A model generated the notes under the pieces. The model was not told where the DNA came from. It did no database searches and worked only from the letters and a program-made list of their open reading frames with translations. From the NCBI RefSeq assembly GCF_001194135.2, contig NC_069003.1, positions 22,942,035 to 23,006,034 on the forward strand: a DNA stretch of 64,000 bases, read 5' to 3'. Of this stretch, positions 60,198 to 64,000 are shown in pieces (position 1 is the first letter of the stretch; every line of letters starts with the position of its first letter). A program made the translations under genes and the position numbers. This DNA comes from Octopus bimaculoides. Taxonomy: Eukaryota.

Positions 60198-60434
60198 AAG
60201 GGTGTTTGTTATGGCTGGTTAGAGAGTGACAATTGGTTTCGCAACTATAGGCGACTCTGTATAGGCTGTATAGGCGACTCTCCAGACTCAACTACCCGGA
60301 GGCACATAACCATAGCTATTTAAGTCTCCCATACAGCACGAGTCTCCCGTACAGCACGAGTCCCCCATACAGCAAAGCTCTTTATAGGTGCAAAGCCAAT
60401 GGCCACTCTATAACCGGCCGTAACAAATAACCTT
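60198..60434. mobile_element. MITE with ~50-bp TIRs and internal 18-bp tandem repeats
   Basis: Left AAGGGTGTTTGTTATGGCTGGTTAGAGAGTG vs reverse complement of right end AAGGTTATTTGTTACGGCCGGTTATAGAGTG. AGTCTCCC(A/G)TACAGCACG x3 at 60323-60374. Confidence 0.75.
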
Positions 60435-60504
60435 CCAAATAAAATATACTAATGCTCTAATGCTTTAGAGTGCGCTTATTTTTCGGATACACGAACTACT
60501 GACC

Positions 60505-60557
<53 letters not shown>

Positions 60558-61993
60558 GAATATACATATGTGTATGTGAGTGTGTGCGTGTGTGTATGTG
60601 TCTGTATGTAGTGTCTATTATTCTCATGCGTTAGGTAATTGTTTGATCTTTGATGATGAGAAATTTCTATCAACAGATAATCAACCAAAGCTACTTCAAA
60701 GGTGGAGATGTGAATTGTAATTGTGGTTTTCATAAACTATCGAAACACATTTGGTACACCAGAGGTTATTCAGCACGTAAGCTTGCTTCCACACATGCAC
60801 GGAGATATATTTATCTTTTCCTGGCTAATTTTGATTTCCCGAAGATGATTGAGCCGGATGTTTTAGGAATATGTTAAGAGAGTCAAGAAATGAGTATTGG
60901 GAAAAAAATGTTAAACTGTTGTTATTTATTTCTGTCTCGGTCATGTATGTATATTATCGTGTATGTATATTGCATAGTAGGTAGTCTTGTACCTAATTTA
61001 CTAAAAGTATATTTACAGTATTCTGCGATGCAATCACTTATTATTTCTAACAAAGCTTTTTGATATTTACATTCTGTCACAATTCTGCGACTTGTAATCC
61101 TTAATGTCAATGTCGGTTCTCAAAAAAAAAAAAAATTCTTCCTACAATGACGATTATTTAATTGACGATAATGTAATCGAAAATAAGGTAACTGAGGCTG
61201 ACGATGACGTATTTGAGGCAGACGTTGACGAATTTGATTGGAGAACCCTGTATATCATTAGTTAATTTTCACTGAGAGTGTTCAATGATTTTGATTCTAT
61301 CAAGCTTGTTAAAAAAGGGATCAATAAGGCTTGTTGCATTTGTTATCCCCAAGCTCTGCCTGAAAAATCTAGTATCTGCTGATTAAACTACATAATATTT
61401 CATATATATGAATGTGTATATATATTTATATAAAGGGCATTATTACAGAAAATAATAACGCCACNNNNNNNNNNNNNNNNNNNNNNNNNNNNNNNNNNNN
61501 NNNNNNNNNNNNNNNNNNNNNNNNNNNNNNNNNNNNNNNNNNNNNNNNNNNNNNNNNNNNNNNNNNNNNNNNNNNNNNNNNNNNNNNNNNNNNNNNNNNN
61601 NNNNNNNNNNNNNNNNNNNNNNNNNNNNNNNNNNNNNNNNNNNNNNNNNNNNNNNNNNNNNNNNNNNNNNNNNNNNNNNNNNNNNNNNNNNNNNNNNNNN
61701 NNNNNNNNNNNNNNNNNNNNNNNNNNNNNNNNNNNNNNNNNNNNNNNNNNNNNNNNNNNNNNNNNNNNNNNNNNNNNNNNNNNNNNNNNNNNNNNNNNNN
61801 NNNNNNNNNNNNNNNNNNNNNNNNNNNNNNNNNNNNNNNNNNNNNNNNNNNNNNNNNNNNNNNNNNNNNNNNNNNNNNNNNNNNNNNNNNNNNNNNNNNN
61901 NNNNNNNNNNNNNNNNNNNNNNNNNNNNNNNNNNNNNNNNNNNNNNNNNNNNNNNNNNNNNNNNNNNNNNNNNNNNNNNNNNNNNNNNNNNNN

Positions 61994-62053
<60 letters not shown>

Positions 62054-62479
62054 CATACATATATATATATATATATATATATTTGTGTGTGTGAGTACAT
62101 TTTAAAGAAATATAAAATAGAAGTTACGGACATTGTTGTTTGACTTGAGATTATTTGTATCGAATGTGAAGCATTTTCAAGTGGAAACTAAAACTGGTTT
62201 CATTTGTCGAGAACAGAGTGATCTCAATAGAAATGGTAACGCATACCTCTAAATGAGTCTTGTTCAATTTTGTTCCACTTAATTCTGTGGTCAAAATCTA
62301 CCATTCAGTCTTTTATGCCGGCACGAGTACAAGTCCTACCTAGGGAAAAATTCAATCGATTATATATTACACTGGCTAGTGTAATACACAAACGGAGAAC
62401 ATTAACAATTCTTACAGACTATATAAAACTATGTTCTCAACGAGAAACCAACAAAGTACAATGTCTAACAAAAAATTTA

Positions 62480-62890
62480 GTCTGTTTGGTCAGTAAGTGT
62501 TATTTCCTATTTGCTTCTCTTTAGAAATCATAGGAAATCCCCCCCAAACTTTGCTTTTCTGACCTGGACACCAATGTTTTGAAACTGACCTATTTTCCAT
62601 TACATTTCAGACAGATTCAGCGCTGAGTTGCTGAAGCAGACATTTTGTTATAGCAAATATTCTGCTCAATACCATAAATTTGCTTGTCACTTGCTTGACC
62701 TTAACCATTTGAGCATGTCCCTTAGTGGCTGACAATATGTACATCTCTGATGATGAGTAGAAGTAGTCGGGGTGCATCATAGGTATGTGTTGAGTGGGAT
62801 TCTTTGGGGTTTCAATAAATGTAACAAAATAAAAGCTTGAAGGAAATATTAGCTATTTTTATGCTTTTTAGGGGTAAGCAAATACGAAAT
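62480..62890 (-). repeat. Unclassified ~450-bp dispersed repeat
   Basis: Copy of 39070-39500 and 19935-20275. Confidence 0.85.
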
Positions 62891-63764
62891 AACAGTTGCT
62901 ACCCAAAGACAAAAATCGTGTCACACTGTGTTATCCACTGAAAAATGTATCAAGTTCATTCTTATTTAATTAATCTTAAAGACGAATGGTATATCTTCAA
63001 CATTTTGTCTCTTTCTTTAATATTGTCACCGCTGTCTGATCTGACTTTTCTCTGTCAATACCGTCAAATAAATGTTGCAGTAGGTCGAACCAATGACAGA
63101 AATGTTCAGAAATCATTTCCATTTATAACATTATAACACTAAACCTGTGCAAAATGCCGAAATATTTTTAACTTACATTTGCCTGCAAATAGTTATACTG
63201 TATATGTCCAGTTCAGTGTCCTACAGCGCAGAAAAAAAAAAAAACTCTAATTAATGGGTTTTGAAAGTTAGCTAGCAGTGTAGAAAACAATGGTAAGTTC
63301 ATCCGACCCCTGGAGTTTAAATTCTTCCTTATGGGCCGAGTAGGAGGGATAGAAATGCGACAAAATCAATAAACAGACAGTTTCCCTTTGTAAAAGAGGC
63401 GACACATTAGTTCGACATATAAATTAATAAGGTCATTCTCAGAATGAAATCAAGACATACACTGAATTCTAGTCGGTCAGAATGATCAGGATTTATCGTC
63501 GCTTTCATTCAAACTCGATGAAGAAAACAAGAAAGTTAAACACCAAACAAACAAAATAATATAAACAATTTTCTTCATTTGCATCTAACAGCCATTGTAA
63601 TGAATATTCATGCCTTGGTTATAGCCACACGTCAGTGATAAATTTACCTTTTAAATGAGAATAAGAGAAAACTTTTGAAGGAAATCACTATTATAGGTGA
63701 GGTGTGAAAGAGTATAATGAATAAATGATGTAAACGGAGAGCTTCAGCACGTAAGTATGAGTTA

Positions 63765-63843
63765 TATATATATACATACACACATACATTCATACATACA
63801 CACATATATATATATATATACACATACATTCATACATATATAT

Positions 63844-63905
<62 letters not shown>

Positions 63906-63915
63906 GTATATATAT

Positions 63916-64000
<85 letters not shown>
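63765..64000. repeat. (TA)n/(TACA)n microsatellite
   Basis: Direct observation. Confidence 0.95.

Noticed and set aside
60922-61240. Short ORF and acidic stretch (NDDYLIDDNV..EADVDEFDW) as a transposase fragment
   Set aside because: No diagnostic motif; cannot be supported without a search.

Overview
AT-rich, repeat-saturated eukaryotic genomic DNA from a gapped draft assembly (13 N runs). The SINE families look like those I recall from Octopus genomes; that species call is an inference, not a database match. I found no intact protein-coding gene, rRNA, bona fide tRNA gene or CRISPR array. Almost all ORF-track entries are microsatellite translations or read-through of N gaps. The window contains: (i) dozens of tRNA-derived SINEs in about four families, several with target-site duplications (TSDs), nested insertions or head-to-tail arrays; (ii) decayed DNA transposons (Tigger/pogo DD36D, Tc1/mariner, a Helitron RepHel relic, several fold-back/MITE elements); (iii) decayed non-LTR retrotransposons (Tx1/L1, R4/Dong, CRE-like, CR1-group) and Penelope-like element (PLE) fragments; (iv) many microsatellites. 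Four things most deserve follow-up. First, a PLE 3' end followed by a tRNA-like Pol III module and a minimal hammerhead ribozyme (41325-41760, minus). Second, a separate hammerhead with all catalytic core nucleotides intact (42808-42911). Third, a 46.2-48.0 kb cluster with two GG-terminated, 8-bp-TSD fold-backs carrying telomeric (CCCTAA)n cores, a dimeric hairpin-bearing tandem array and seven consecutive hairpins. Fourth, SINE tails that match the 3' ends of LINE relics in this same window. One candidate host exon (52406-52534) suggests the window may be intronic.
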